Shown piece by piece: positions 26,144 to 39,759 of a stretch of 64,000 nucleotides of DNA. Position 1 is the stretch's first letter, and each line of letters starts with the position of its first letter. Origin of the DNA: Octopus vulgaris (taxonomy: Eukaryota); contig OX597817.1 in NCBI GenBank assembly GCA_951406725.2, positions 33,232,001 through 33,296,000 of the forward strand. The letters run 5' to 3'. Below the pieces are notes generated by a model. That model made no database searches and had not been told where the DNA came from. It saw nothing but the letters and a program-made list of their open reading frames with translations. The translations under genes and the position numbers were made by a program.

Positions 26144-28349
26144 GTTTTTTTCTTTTTGTTTTCTTTTTTAAATCACTTCTCCACAGACTTGCAGACTGCA
26201 CATCACACATGACAGTATTCTTCATTTATCTCAGTCGATTAAGGTGGCGAACTGCAAGATCATTACCACAGTGGACAAAATGCTTCCAGTTCTTTATGTT
26301 TGGAGTTCTAGTTCTTCTTAAGTCAACTTTGCCTTTAATCCTTTTGGGACTGAAAAAATAAAGTGCCAGCTGAACTCCGGGGTCAGTGCGATTGACTTAC
26401 TCCTCTTCTGAAATTGCTGGCCTTGTGCCAAAATTAGATAGAATTATTTTATCATTATATATTTCTTTACTGCCCACAAGGAGCATAGAGGGGACAAACA
26501 AGAACAGACAAAGGGATTAAGTCGATTACATTGACCCCAGTGCGAAACTGGTACTTTATTTATTAACCCCGAAAGGATGTAAGGCAAAGTCGACCTCAGT
26601 GGAATTTGAACTCAGAACGTAACGACAGACGAAATACCACTAAGCATTTCACCCGGCACGCTAACGTTTCTGCCAGCTTCACTGCCTTGTAAGGATGAAA
26701 GGCAAATTGACTTTGGCAGGATTTGAACACAGATCTCAAGGTATTGGAATAAATAGCACAAAGCATTCACATTAAACATCAAACACCTCTGCCATTTTGC
26801 TCTCTTAGTATTCACAGATACTAAACAGAATTTGCCACAAAGATCCATTCAATGTTGAAGATCCAGTAATTTTAGCTGTAGTAGTTTATCATAGTAAAAG
26901 GTGTTAGTGCTGTATAGTTAACAGGTGTTTTGTGAGCCTATCATTTTCATATGACTTTAACAAAGCTGACTTGTTCTAAACATGGTAAATATAAGACTGA
27001 GTTTTCTGTCATACTCCATTGATTTATTGTGTTTTGAAATTTATCATTGAAGCATGATCAATTGAAATAAATAGAACCACACCCGATCTTCAAGAACCTA
27101 ATGCTTAGTCCTATAATGATAAAATTATAGATCTAAACACTTTTTTTTTTACATTATCTAAGAGTATGCTTGATGTAAGAAAAGTAAATTATTATTTTTT
27201 ACATATATATATTGAATTATTCAAATGACAATAACTTTGCATAAATGCCAGATATCACAGTTTTGTTTGCATGCAATCATCATCAATAGGACCATTATCG
27301 TTTTAATGTCCACTTTTCCATGCTTGTATGGGTTGGATGGAATTTATTGTAGTAAATTTTCTGCTGCCAGATGCTCTTCCTGTCACCAGCCTCCACCTGT
27401 TTCCAAGAAATATAACATTTTCTCATGGTCATGTTTTCATGGCATGTAAAAGGAAACCATTTGAGCGTGATCGTTACTAGCGTCGCCTTACTGGCCCCTG
27501 TGCTGGTGGCATGAATAAAAAGATTCGAGCGAGGTCATTGCCAGTACCACCTGACTGGCCTCTGTGCCGGTGGCATGTAAAAAGCACCCACTACACTCTC
27601 GGAGTGGTTGGCGTTAGGGAGGGCATCCAGCTGTAGAAACTCTGCCAGATCAAGATTGGAGCCTGGTGCAGCCATCTGGTTCGCCAGCCCTCAGTCAAGA
27701 TCGTCCAACCCATGCCAGCATGGAAAGCGGATGTTAAACGATGATGATGATGATGATTGGAAATGACTGACACTGCTTGTGGGACAGTGACACTCATTTA
27801 TAACTATTAACCGTTGTGCAATGTCAAGACAAAGAGACAAACACAAACACACAGACACACACACATCACTTAAAGTGGAGGAAAGTCGTGGAAGAGAGAG
27901 ACCCAGGAAGAAATGGGATGAAGTATTGGAGGCCAATCTCAAAATGCTGAGCCTTATGAAGGAAATGACAAAGGACCGAGATACTCGAAAACACCAGCCC
28001 ACCTCAACAAAACCAATATCCTAAAAGCCAAGCATTGGTATTGGTGAAACATAAGAAGCACTGGTACTGGTGTCACATGAGGTTGATAAAATAAGTACCA
28101 GTCAAATACTGGGGTAAATGTATTTAACTTCCCTCTCCCCTCAAAAAGTATTAGACTTGTACCAAAAACTGAAACAATTATTTCATGTTCTGAGTTCAAA
28201 TTCTGTCGTGGTTGATTTTGCCGTTCATCCTTTTGGGTGGGGAGGGGGGTTGATAAATTATGTACCAGTTAAGTACTAGGGTCAATGTAATCAACTATCC
28301 CCTTTCCCCAAACTTTCAGGCCTTGTGCCTATGGTAGAAAAAATTATTA

Positions 28350-28404
<55 letters not shown>

Positions 28405-28584
28405 TTTTTTTTCTTCTTTCAAATTTGCTTCCATTTCTTGCCGAGTGTCTTCCCGACTCCTAGGGCAAAGAAACTCATAGTATACATTGGTAGGCCATTA
28501 AACCAAACTCAATAGTTCGTTCATTTTTTTATTTTTTTATTTTTTTTTAAAAGTTATATTAAAATACATGAGCAGCAACAGTTC

Positions 28585-29352
28585 TCACATCGACAATGCT
28601 CTTCTCAATACGTGTGATGTACCAGTTAAGACAATCTTTTGCACTTCTTGCAGGGATGGTAAGCCAGGGATCATTCTCATATAATTTTCGGTTCCCTTCT
28701 TGATCATTCCTAGTGCTCCTACGATCACTGGTATTGTAACCGCCTTGAGATGCCACATTTTCTCAATTTCAATGAGTAGGTCTTTATATTTTCTGAGCTT
28801 GTCAAACTCTTTCGCTGAGATATTATGATCACAGGGGATGCTCATGTCGATCAATAAGCAAACTTTATTGTTTTGGTCTTTCACAACAATATCTGGTTTA
28901 TTGGCCTTGATGGTTCGGTCTGTATGTACTGGAAAGTCCCACAGAATCGTTACATTTTCTCCTTCAGTTACAGCCTCAGGGTGGTGATTGTCGGCAGTTT
29001 TGATATTGTAATGCCGACTTATTAGCCAGTGTAGATATTGGCCAACTCTGTCATGTCTTAATTTATACTCCACTGGTGCTAAGACTTTACATCCAGAGAT
29101 TAGGTGGTCCACTGTTTCAATCATGTCGTTGCAGAATTGGCATTTTGGGTCTGCTCCATTTTTCATCACATTGGCCTGGTAGTTCCGGGTTAATAGGCTT
29201 TGATCTTGAGCAGCCAGGATGAAACCTTCGCTCTCTGCTTTTAGCCCTGAGCTCCGTAGCCACTGATGAGTTTGCTTCTGGTCAACATCAGCTTGTTTGC
29301 TGCGGGCCACATATTTGCCGTGCAGAGGTTTCTCCTCCCACCTATCAGCCAA
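28585..29352 (-). pseudogene. Zinc knuckle and restriction-like endonuclease domain of R4/Dong element
   Basis: CQFC..ETVDHLISGC, RHD, KPDIV..LLIDMSIP, K..KY motifs. Confidence 0.9.
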
Positions 29353-31001
29353 TTGCTTGTGCGCTTTTTCGTTGCCATTATTTTCACCTTCTTTGCAACA
29401 TTAGTTGCCGTACTTCCCTCGGGTTGTTCAGTTTGGGTATCCTGCATGAGATCAATAGCAAATTTTTTGCTTTCCTTTATGATAGAATGAAGCTTCTTTC
29501 GTCTCTCGTGATTTTCCACGAGCTTTAGCATCCAGTCATTCGTTATTTCGAGATATTTGGCAAGTCCAATTGTGGTTGTTTTGTAAGCTAGTTCAAATTG
29601 GATCAGGCCTCGACGTCCTTGGGCTCTGGGAAGGTAAAGGCGATCTACGTCTGCCTTTGGGTGGTGCATCCTATTACAACTCAGCAGCTTGCGTATTTTC
29701 CTATCTATATTCTTTACTTCATTCATATTCCAGTTCAACACATTGTAGCTATAAGTAACAACTGGAACTGCTAAGGAATTTATAGCTAACACCTTGTTAC
29801 GTGCATTTAGTTCAGATTTCAGGACTGCACGAACTCTCCTATAACATTCCTTCCTGATCTTCTCTTTCATGCTTGCATGCTGAATACCAGAGCCTTCATT
29901 TATCCCTAAATATTTGTATGTTTGTTCTTGCTCAAGCTCTCTTATGACTGTGTCAACATCTAACACGACTGAATTTGTGGTCTTCACTTTCCCTTTCTGG
30001 AAAGTGGCCTTGGCACACTTCTCAAGTCCAAACTCCATCCCGATGTTATCGCTGAATGCTTTCACAGTGCGCAATAGGCCTTCAAGTTCATTATTGTCTT
30101 TACCATAAAGTTTTAAGTTATCCATATAAAATAGATGGCTTATTTTTTTATTGGCAATTTTATACCCATACCCTGTTCTGTTTAATTCACTTGTAAGGGG
30201 TATTAGGGCTATGCAGAATATTAAAGGTGAAAGTGTGTCACCTTGAAAAATTCCACAGTTGATGTTTATATTTTCTGAGGCAAGTACTCCATTAGAGTGG
30301 TATAATTGGAGATTCGCATTCCACAACGACATATTGTGCTTCAGGAAGTTTGAAATCACAGGGGAAATTTTGAAGATGTCCAGCGATCTCAAGATCCATG
30401 GATGCGGTATATTGTCGAAGGCCTTTTTATAGTCAATCCATGCGGAGCTGAGATTTCTGCACTTGTGACAGTTCTCAAGGATCATATGATTAATTAGCAG
30501 TTGATCTTTGCATCCGTAAGAGCCTCGGCGGCACCCTTTTTGTTCAATGGGGAAAATATCGTTCTTCTCTATGAATGCATATGTTTTCTCCACCAGGATA
30601 GATGTTAGGATTTTATACGTGGTGGATAGACAGGTTATAGGCCGATAGTTTTTTGGAAGGTTGGTTTCGTTATTCTTTGGGAGTAGGTAAGTAATACCAC
30701 TTGCTAACCATTCAGGTGTTTTCTTTGGGTCTCTCATAATTCCATTGAGCAGCTGAACTAGCTTACCGTGTGCGCATGGGAGCGATGCGAGCCAGAAATT
30801 CGGCACCCTATCTTTACCGGGGGATTTCCAATTATGGGCCTTCGTGAATGCCTTTCTTAGGTCTGCTATTGTGATGTCTTCCCATGCTTGTTGTTGTAAA
30901 TTTTGGTAGGATCCTTCAGTTTGTATAATCCAGTCTGCATTTATGTTGTACGTCTTCTTGTCACTCCAAATCCTTTTCCAAAAGTTTTGAACTTCTTCCA
31001 T
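29241..31001 (-). pseudogene. Reverse transcriptase domain of R4/Dong element
   Basis: NWKSPGKD, NYRPITCL, WIDYKKAFD, GIFQGDTLSPL, FYMDNLKLY (catalytic YxDD altered to YMDN), YKYLG. Confidence 0.9.
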
Positions 31002-32785
31002 GGGAGGGGTGTCTTTAACGGTTACTTTCTCCTTCCCTATTCTCTGTAGAATTTTTTGGCATTGGATGTGAACAGCTAATTTTGCTTGTAAAACTTGTTT
31101 CTCTTCTCAAATCTTCGTATTCTTTGGGCTTTTGCTTGGACTTTTTGTTTCAGCGTTTCTTTTATTGATATCAGTTCTTCTCTTGGTGAGGATCCAAATT
31201 TTCTCTTCATCTTTCTTCCTGTTCTGGATCTTACATCATTTCCACATATTAGTTCATTTAATATTGATATTTCCCCTCTCATAAATTCAATCTCTTTTCC
31301 AATTTTACTTCTCCAGGTTTGATTTCTTCCCAGGTTTGGTTTTCTTTGTTTTTTCGGGGGCATACAGCTGGTTTCAATTGCCCTAGCAGAAGCGTAAATA
31401 ATTTCATTTAACTCAGTAAAATCAGGTTTTAATTCTTGTATTATTTCATTTGTTACATAGTTGCCAATTTGGATTTGTTTTTTATTTTGGTTTGTATTTG
31501 AGAGTTTATGAAGTGGTTCTCTATCATTCATACTTGTATGTCTTACAACTTCAAGCGTATTCAGGATTTTCTGCTTCATTTCTGCCATAGACTCTCTGTG
31601 TTCTTCAGCAAATGCGAGATCTTCAGTTACTGTTGTTTTATCGTTTTCCTGGCTATCTTTAACAGGTACAATAGAATTTCTTGTATCTTCAGGCCTTTGC
31701 GTACTTTGGTCAGATGGCAGTCTTTCAATTAAGCCTCGTGGCGGGCTATACTGTTCATCTGATTCTTCATTTCCTTTGTGTCTTATATTTATGTCATTTT
31801 CCGTTGCGTGCTTGATCGCGCTTATTTCATTGTCTGTGAGTCTGTTATTTCTAAGGATATCCCTCCTCACATTTGCTAATTTGTTCTCATCCAAATAGGG
31901 CCTACTGTCTTGATTCCGTGTTCTCTATATACTGTAAGAGTTTGCGGTGTGTCTCTCTTGAGATGGCCTACCTAATGCATAGTAATAAGCGTATATTACT
32001 TCTTTATACTCTTCTCGGGTCCATTTGTTCCGCTTACATTTTTCTTTCTGTGGTGGTTGTGGTGGTGAACTTGGAGGGCTCGAGTTGGGGGATTTCCCGT
32101 TCAAGTGACCATCCATGTCCGTATTCGGAGAAGAGTTTGTGCCAGTTGATGACTTTTCGATCCCAGGCTGGCTCTTCCCTGGGGGACGCGCTTCCAGATT
32201 AACCATAGGACAAGCGATTTGGTATACTGATTTAGTTTTCCTTTTAGTTTCCAAAAACATTTTGGTGCTACGATAATGTTATCATTTTTGAGCTTTGATT
32301 GGCTCGTGGGGAGACGGCCATCATTGCCGTTACAATTATAATCGTACCATTATAGCAGCCGTAGTTGGCTTATTATTGTTATTATCATCACCATTATTAT
32401 CACTATCATCATTATCACCACCATTACCATCATCATTATCATCATCACCATCACCATCACCACCATCATCATCAATGATATTGTTTTATGTGTAGTCACA
32501 GCAGTATCTTATTATTGTTATTTTTGTTTTTTATCATTATCACCATCACAGTAGTGTCTGTCTGTCTCATTGGCTGGCTTGGTGGTTGGCTGGCTGACTG
32601 TCTTCAATGCCAGAGTTCTTGCCTGTCAAATAATACTTTCATATTTGGTTAACAATAGAGCTAAGGTGAGGTTTGTGTTGGTTGAACTCTTTGAGTGTGT
32701 GTGTGTGTGTAGATAGATAGATAGATTATCAGCACTATTACTATCATTATTATCATCATCACCATCATCACCATCACCATCAGTG

Positions 32786-33790
32786 ATTTTTTTTTTTTTT
32801 TATTTTAGGTGGGGTCCTATCGGTCAAGGGCTGTTCTGTATTATTTGTGAATAGAGAAGTTGTGTTCGACCAGAGAGAATCTTAGCATCATTATTTTTTT
32901 TCCATGTGCGTTTGTGTTATTGCAATAAAAAGTGTTTGTATATTTCGTGTAAGGTAATATTGTGGAGGTTGAAGTTGACTTTTCTAGAGATGTTTGTATG
33001 TCCAGTTTAAAAGAACAGGTGTGTTTTGCAATAAAAAGTATATGTTTACATTTATATTTGAATATTCTGGGAGGAAGCAAAGAAAAGTCAGATTTTCATA
33101 GAAAGTTTTAGGGTTTTGTAAGTCCACAAAAAGAAAAGGATGTTTACAGAAGCAATTGTGGGTATTAAAGTTTTTAAAGCTGGTAGAATGTATGATTGAA
33201 AGCTGTAGATATGTAAATTTGTAAATTTCTTAACTTATTTTGAAGGGTTGTTCTGTATTGTTTGTGAATAGAGAAGTTGTGTTCGACCAGAGAGAATCTT
33301 AGCATCATTATTTTTTCCATGTGCGTTTGTGTTATTGCAATAAAAAGTGTTTGTATATTTCGTGTAAGGTAATATTGTGGAGGTTGAAGTTGACTTTTCT
33401 AGAGATGTTTGTATGTCCAGTTTAAAAGAACAGGTGTGTTTTGCAATAAAAAGTATATGTTTACATTTATATTTGAATATTCTGGGAGGAAGCAAAGAAA
33501 AGTCAGATTTTCATAGAAAGTTTTAGGGTTTTGTAAGTCCACAAAAAGAAAAGTGTGATGTTTTTAGAGAGAAGAAAAAAAAAGGGTGTTTACAGAGGCA
33601 GTTGTGGGTATTAAAGTTTTTAAAGCTGATTGGATGTATGATTGAAAGCTGTAGATATGTAAATTTGTAAATTTCTTAACTTATTTTGAAGAGAATTTTA
33701 AATACTCACGAAGTATTGTAGATGTTCCAGTCTATGAGAGTTATTTTTCCCCCGTTGCTAAACTGGGTCATATTAGTGTTTCTATGGCTT
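32786..33790 (-). mobile_element. Decayed LINE-like fragment with poly(A) tail and 417-bp tandem duplication
   Basis: Poly(T) on plus strand at 32786-32801; unit starting 32826 repeats at 33243; clade not determinable. Confidence 0.45.
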
Positions 33791-33792
33791 AA

Positions 33793-33850
<58 letters not shown>

Positions 33851-34660
33851 ATTGCCTTTGCACAGCTTCAAACGCTGGAGATGTACTATAGTGTCAGCTG
33901 TTCACTACCAGTGAACTAAAGTAACACCTCTTATTTTTCAAGCACCTTCCGGAGTACTCGAACGGTTCCAAGTACTGCTGTTTTCTGCAAGTGCTCCACC
34001 CTTATTGCAGGCCCTATTTGATCCATGTACTTCTCGAGATTTTTGCTCACTGTTTCCAGGGCTCCAACAATTATTGGTACTACTGCTACCTTTTTCATCG
34101 ACCACAACTGTTTTACTTCCCAAGCTAACCTGTCATATCTCTCGACTTTTCTTTCTTCCTTATCGCATACCTTGTTGTCAGCTGGGCATGCTATATCTAT
34201 GATCCAGCATAGTTTGTTTTCTTTCTCAATTAAGACTATGTCTGGCTTCCTATTCTCTATCACATGGCCGCACTGAATCATAAAATCTCATAGGTTCTTT
34301 GCATTTCCATTTTCAACGATGCCTTCAGGTTTGTGGTTGTACCAATTTTTTGCTCTTCAAGTCCATACTTGTAGCAAAGTGTCTATTATTATTATCCATC
34401 TTATTATTATTATCCATCTTCTTATTATTATTCATCTTCTCCCTCCACTGTTTCTTGGGGAAGCATGGTGGTAGAATCCTCTGGTACCTCTTCCATAGTG
34501 TCCTATCAGAAGCAACAGTCATTACACTTTTTGGCTATATTCCCAAGCATGATCTCATTCTTAGTCTACTGCTACCAGTCAGCGTGGTGTGAAGAATCAT
34601 TTTACAATTCTTTCCTGTATTATTCTAATTGTACATTAGTAGTACAGGAGCCATGACCTC
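33793..34660 (-). mobile_element. 5'-truncated R4/Dong element (RLE C-terminus)
   Basis: ORF 33931-34281 RKPDIVLIEKENKLCWIIDIACPAD..VPIIVGAL; ends in (ATT)n 33793-33850. Confidence 0.85.
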
Positions 34661-35450
34661 ACAATGCAGAAAAGCATTATTGACTGGCAAGTCAGTGGAA
34701 TACCAGGCTAAATTATTCACATTGTTCAATTTTATTTTTCCACGTCTTGATTTCTTATTCTGTTTTGGTTATTGTTACCATTCTTTCACTTGAAGTCAAA
34801 AAAAAAAATAACTAATAATAATATATTTATATTATTTTATGTTAATATGTAATATATATAATCATTATCATCATCATTTAATGTCTGTTTTCCATGCTGG
34901 CATGGGTTGGACAGCTTGACAGAAACTAGCACCACATTCCATAGTCTGTTAAGACTTGGTTTCTATGGCTGTATGCCTCTCCTAATGCCAACCATTTTAC
35001 ACAGTGTACTGGGCGCTTTTTATGTGATGCCCAGTGCCTTTTACATGACACCATCACCAGTGTTTTTTATGTGACACCAGTGCTTTTTACATGTCACCAG
35101 CACCAGTGCTTTTTACGTGGTATCAATAATATATCATATATTGAGGTTTGATTTTGCTTTTTATTCTTGTGGGATCACAAGACTGAATTATTCACCTTAT
35201 TTTTCCATGTCTTGATTTCTTATTCTGTTATGGGTGACATTACCATTCTTTCAATTGAGGTCAAAAGAATTTAATTCCTTTAAAGCCATAATTTCTAACA
35301 CCATTACAAGACCCCAGTTTTGGGATATGAATTTAAATAGTTACACTCATATCAATACTTGAATGGAACTTTTAATGAATTCCTATAAAAATAAAAAGCA
35401 ACGTCAACCTCAAAATATAGATCTGAAGTATCGAGATACAATATTAAATA

Positions 35451-35712
35451 AATAAAATAATAAATGCTCCCTTTTAAAGCCTAGCCAGGCTCATAGGCCC
35501 AGTTTCCCGGTTTCAATGGCGTATGTGTTCCCCAGCTGGATGGGACGCCAGTCCATCTCAGCGTTACTCATTTTTGCCAGCTGAGTGGATTGGAGCAACA
35601 TGAAATGAAGTTTTTTGCTCAAGAACACAGCATGTTGCCCAGTCCAGGAATCGAAACCACAATCTTACGATCATGGTGCTGACACCGTAACCACTTAACC
35701 ATGCACCTCCAC
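35451..35712 (-). mobile_element. SINE family C with 13-bp TSD
   Basis: TSD ACAATATTAAATA at 35438-35450 and 35713-35725. Confidence 0.85.
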
Positions 35713-36555
35713 ACAATATTAAATACCGCATGATATTTTGACTGCTATGCTAACCAGTTCTGTCACTTCACCTGCTCCATTTTCGAGCAAAGCCTGTTAA
35801 ATTGATTACATCAGCCCCAGTGTTCAAGTGGTAATTATTTTATCAACCCCTCAAGGATGAAAAGCAAAGCCAACCTTTGTGGAATTTGAACTTAGGACAT
35901 AAATATGGATGTAAAGCCATGAATCAGTTTGCCCAGTGTGCTAATGATTCTGCCAGCTTGATGCATTCAGTCTTAGTAACACATGGCAATGATTCAATTC
36001 TTTGCCATTAGAATTTGTTCCATGACTAAATTGGCTTTGTGCCTAGTCCACAGGAAACAACATATCACGTTGTAGATGAGTACTTTTAAATGAACGTGTC
36101 TCTTAATTAGCTTAGTCAGTGAATGTTTTAATTTCAGGATTTATGCTGTTAATTGTTTAGTTGAGACAGTTGACACCTACTATGTTTTATTTACATTCTA
36201 CTATGGACCAAATGATTTTACTCTCAAAAGGTTTAATAATGGTCAAAGGAAGGTCGTTTACTCTACAAAGTTTACTTATAGTTCAAAGAGTTGGAAAAGG
36301 AATTAAAACGTGTCATTGTTAGGAATATAACACATATGCATCCAAAGGTCAGTCTTTCGTGATATTTAGTGATGTAACAGTGCAAACATTAAAGGTGGTA
36401 GTTTGGAAGAATTGGCAGAGACACACACCATTTTGAGCATGTTTGCATTTTGAGTTCAGACTTTATTTACAGTCAACTTTGCTTTTAGCCCTACAAAGGC
36501 TGATAAAATATCCATCAACTTAAGACCCCCTTTGGTCATGAATGACCATGGGATT

Positions 36556-39500
36556 TGTTGTAATTTAGTTTGTTGTGTACAATAAATAAGATAACCATAC
36601 AACAGTTAAACAATGTAGCAAACTAACAATTCTTTTTATGTATCAACAACCAATATTCCTTGTGAACTAACCAACCAACACCTTCCGACTTCACTGCAAA
36701 CTAACATGAACTTCACTTGATTCCAAACTCTGAACCCACTTGGATTGTTACTATTCATACTTTACTCAGGCCAGTCTATCTCTTGTGAGGGGGCATCATA
36801 ACTCTCATCACATCTTCCTTTTTGAGAGTTTGGCCACTGTGAGAAAGTGGAATAGTTTTCTTTATGTTTTTATTCTTTCTAGCATCTCTCCCTTTTTTTT
36901 TAGCTGTTGTATCTTAATTGTTGCCCAACTTTTAAGGCAGCATTGTTTGATGCACACAGCAATTTTTTTCCATTGTACTAAGCATCTTGTTAGCACTAAT
37001 TTTTTTTTTGAAAATTTAATATTTTTTCATTTAGGTATTACTTCCAGATATTCAGTCTGTTTTCGTTTTCTGAAGCAAGTTCTACACTGTTCAATATCTC
37101 TCAGTACTGAAACTTCAATCATATCATAGAAGACCTCCATTGGTATTACCTTTTGTTCTTCTTCATCTTTAACTGGTTAAGGTGTCTCTTATGTTCTGAA
37201 CATTGTCCTTCAATTAAATACATCATATTACCTAATCTTTTGATTATACAGCCATCCTCCCAACCATCCTGAACATTTTTGTAATTTTTAAAATGAACTT
37301 GATCTACTTCGAAATATTTTGTAATATTTCTTGTATTTCCTTCAAATTTATTTTTTATCTTTCCTCTATATAATTATTTTTTCCTGGCAATAATTTATTG
37401 AAGATCAATTTTATTTTATACACAAACAGTAACTCTGCTGGTGACTTTCCTGAATTAGTATTTGGTTTTGGTATTATTCTATATATTCTCAAAAGTTTCA
37501 TTAATGCCTTGTCATTATCTAGCTTGTTCCTAGCTCTTTTTAGAGCTATTTTGAATGTGCCAACAAATCTTTCCGCCCATTTTACCTCAGGTGGTAGGGT
37601 GAGACAAAGATGTGCTTTATGACCTGTATTTTGAGGAAATTTCTTAATTCATGAATTCTGTTCCATTATCTGAAACTAACATGTCTGGAACACCGTATCA
37701 TGCTAATAACTCAAGTAAGAACTTTATTGTTGTCTATGCTGTGGGTTTATTACATCTACACACCTCTGGCCACTTCGTATAGCTATCCACAATGATTAGA
37801 TAGCATGCACCATTCACTGGCACAGTATGGTTGATATGTATCCTGGATCATATGCTCTCAGTCTCCATTCATAGACCTAGTTTGTCCATGAGTAAATTTT
37901 CTCTTTAACTCTTCAGATTAATTATTTTTAGAGGGACAACCATTTACATTTTTACAATAGAGATTTATGGGGAGGTCCCAGATTGGTTGCATTTTTAACA
38001 GTGATGACTTTTGCCTTGCATGTTTTCCCTTGAAATGTAATTTGTTGCTCATCAAGCGACAAGCAGAATTTGATATTTTTCTCAACATAGGTTTCCCTAT
38101 TTTCTTCCATCTGTCCATATTTATTATTGAAATACCACTTCCAGTATCCAATTGAAGTTAAATATGCATTCCATTTATTTTTACATGTACGAATGTTCTT
38201 ATTTGGGAGTCAATTTTTGTTTCTGCAGAGAGCACTCTAGGATTTTTAACATTTGACCTTCATAATTTTGTTCTGCAGGGTAAACTTTTGTAACCAATTC
38301 TTTTGCAACTGTAACATTTTTGATTTTTAAATGGATAGTCTTTTCTGAAATGTATGGCTCCACATCCATAACATGGATTAGGATGTGGCGCTCTTTTTTT
38401 TATTGTACTTTTCCAGATGGCATATCTGTTTTTTTGAGGAATTCTTTCCTTGAATTTCTTCTACATCGTGTTTCAGGTTTACCATCATTTGGCATTCTTC
38501 TGCCGCAGACTGTAAAGTTAGATCTTGGTTTGCTTGTTCCAATTTAGAAAGAATTCTTGCCCAAATTTCTGTATCTTTGCTTACTGTAAGGCCTTGTATG
38601 AAAATAAAACACTTGAGTATCTCAGGTGCAAGTTCTTTGAGTTTAAAACTTTCACACATCCTGTTGACTGTTCCTGCATGTATCCTTCTCTTTTTTCGGT
38701 ATATTCCAACACTCCATTCGAGTATTAAATAGAGAAGTTTTATCACCGAGTATGTTAGACAGTAATTCTATTCTGTTGTATCTGAGGAAAGTCATTCTCT
38801 TTTAGTACCTTATTATTTAACACACTCACTGGTAAAATTTCCACTTATTTTGTCTTTCCTAAAATTTTCGTGGCGTCTTGCAACCACTTGCAAATAAGTG
38901 GAAATTTTACCGGTGAGTGTGTTAAATAATAAGGTATTAAAAGAGAATGACTCTCCCCAGACACAACAGAATATGCTTCAACACACGAACTCATATAAAG
39001 AATCTTGCAAACCAAATCCCAAAACGAAAAGTAATTCTATTGTTTCTTTAAAACAAATCTCATTGGGTCTTTTGGACAATATGAAATTACAGGAATGTTC
39101 ATGCTCTAACAGAGCTACTTTCTACAATAACAGTCTCACTTTTTGTTCGCTCAACCATGATTTGCAACCTTGTCTAAAAATCTCCTTGTACCTTCTGTAG
39201 TATGGTGCAGAAGTTATACCCTCCCCTGAGTTATAACTGAATTCATTAATTGAGTTTGTAATGCTGTCTGGTGAAAATAGACTTACCTAATTTTTGGACT
39301 TCTTTGAATATAGCTCCAATAATTGTTGTTGTTGTAGTTGTTACTGTAATAGTTGCTTCTGCAACTCCTGTTGCTGCTCTTGTTGTTGCTTTTGCAACTG
39401 TACAATAGAAGCTAATAAGTCTTCCATTATTTAACAAATTGTATCATGAACAAATTGTTAAATAACCTACATGAGCTTCAAAACTCTCTTTGCCAGATGT

Positions 39501-39759
39501 TGTAATTTAATTTGCTATGAACAGTAAATAATATAATCAGACAACAGTAAAAACAATGTAATGAACTAACAGTCCTCTTTATGAACCAAAAAATCAATAT
39601 TCCTTGTGAACTAACCAACCAACACTTTCCAACTTCACTGCAAACTAACACAAACTCCAGTTGACTCCGAACTCTGCACCCGCTTGGATCATTACTATTT
39701 ATACTCTACTTGGACCAGTCTATCTCTTGCAAGGGGGCATCATAACTCTCATCACAACA
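36556..39759 (-). mobile_element. Gypsy-type LTR retrotransposon, internally deleted (no RT/RNase H seen), decayed
   Basis: LTRs 36556-36812 and 39498-39759 (TGT..CA); 5-bp TSD GGATT; PBS-like TGGCAAAGAG next to the right LTR; PPT AAAAAGGAAGA next to the left LTR; gag (FIFIQGL..RILSKLEQ), protease LDTGS and integrase YLIIVDSYTKWPEV / LVSDNGTEF remnants. Confidence 0.85.
38769..38973. repeat. 82-bp-arm inverted repeat inserted in Gypsy gag; Penelope-like end fragment
   Basis: Arms 38769-38850 and 38892-38973, 41-bp spacer carrying the 3' half of an HHR-like motif on the minus strand. Confidence 0.7.

Larger units (their letters stand above)
28404..32372 (-). mobile_element. Near full-length R4/Dong-clade non-LTR retrotransposon in (TAA)n-type repeats
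   Basis: Single ORF broken into four frames (31925-32260, 31076-31894, 29241-31001, 28585-29352); RT plus CCHC and RLE domains; 3' end runs into (ATT)n at 28352-28403; 5' boundary approximate. Confidence 0.9.

Noticed and set aside
32260-32372. HDV-like ribozyme at the 5' end of the long R4/Dong element
   Set aside because: A P3/L3-like cgt-ctcccc-acg exists but no 7-bp P1, P1.1 GG or J4/2 could be drawn; only generic hairpins
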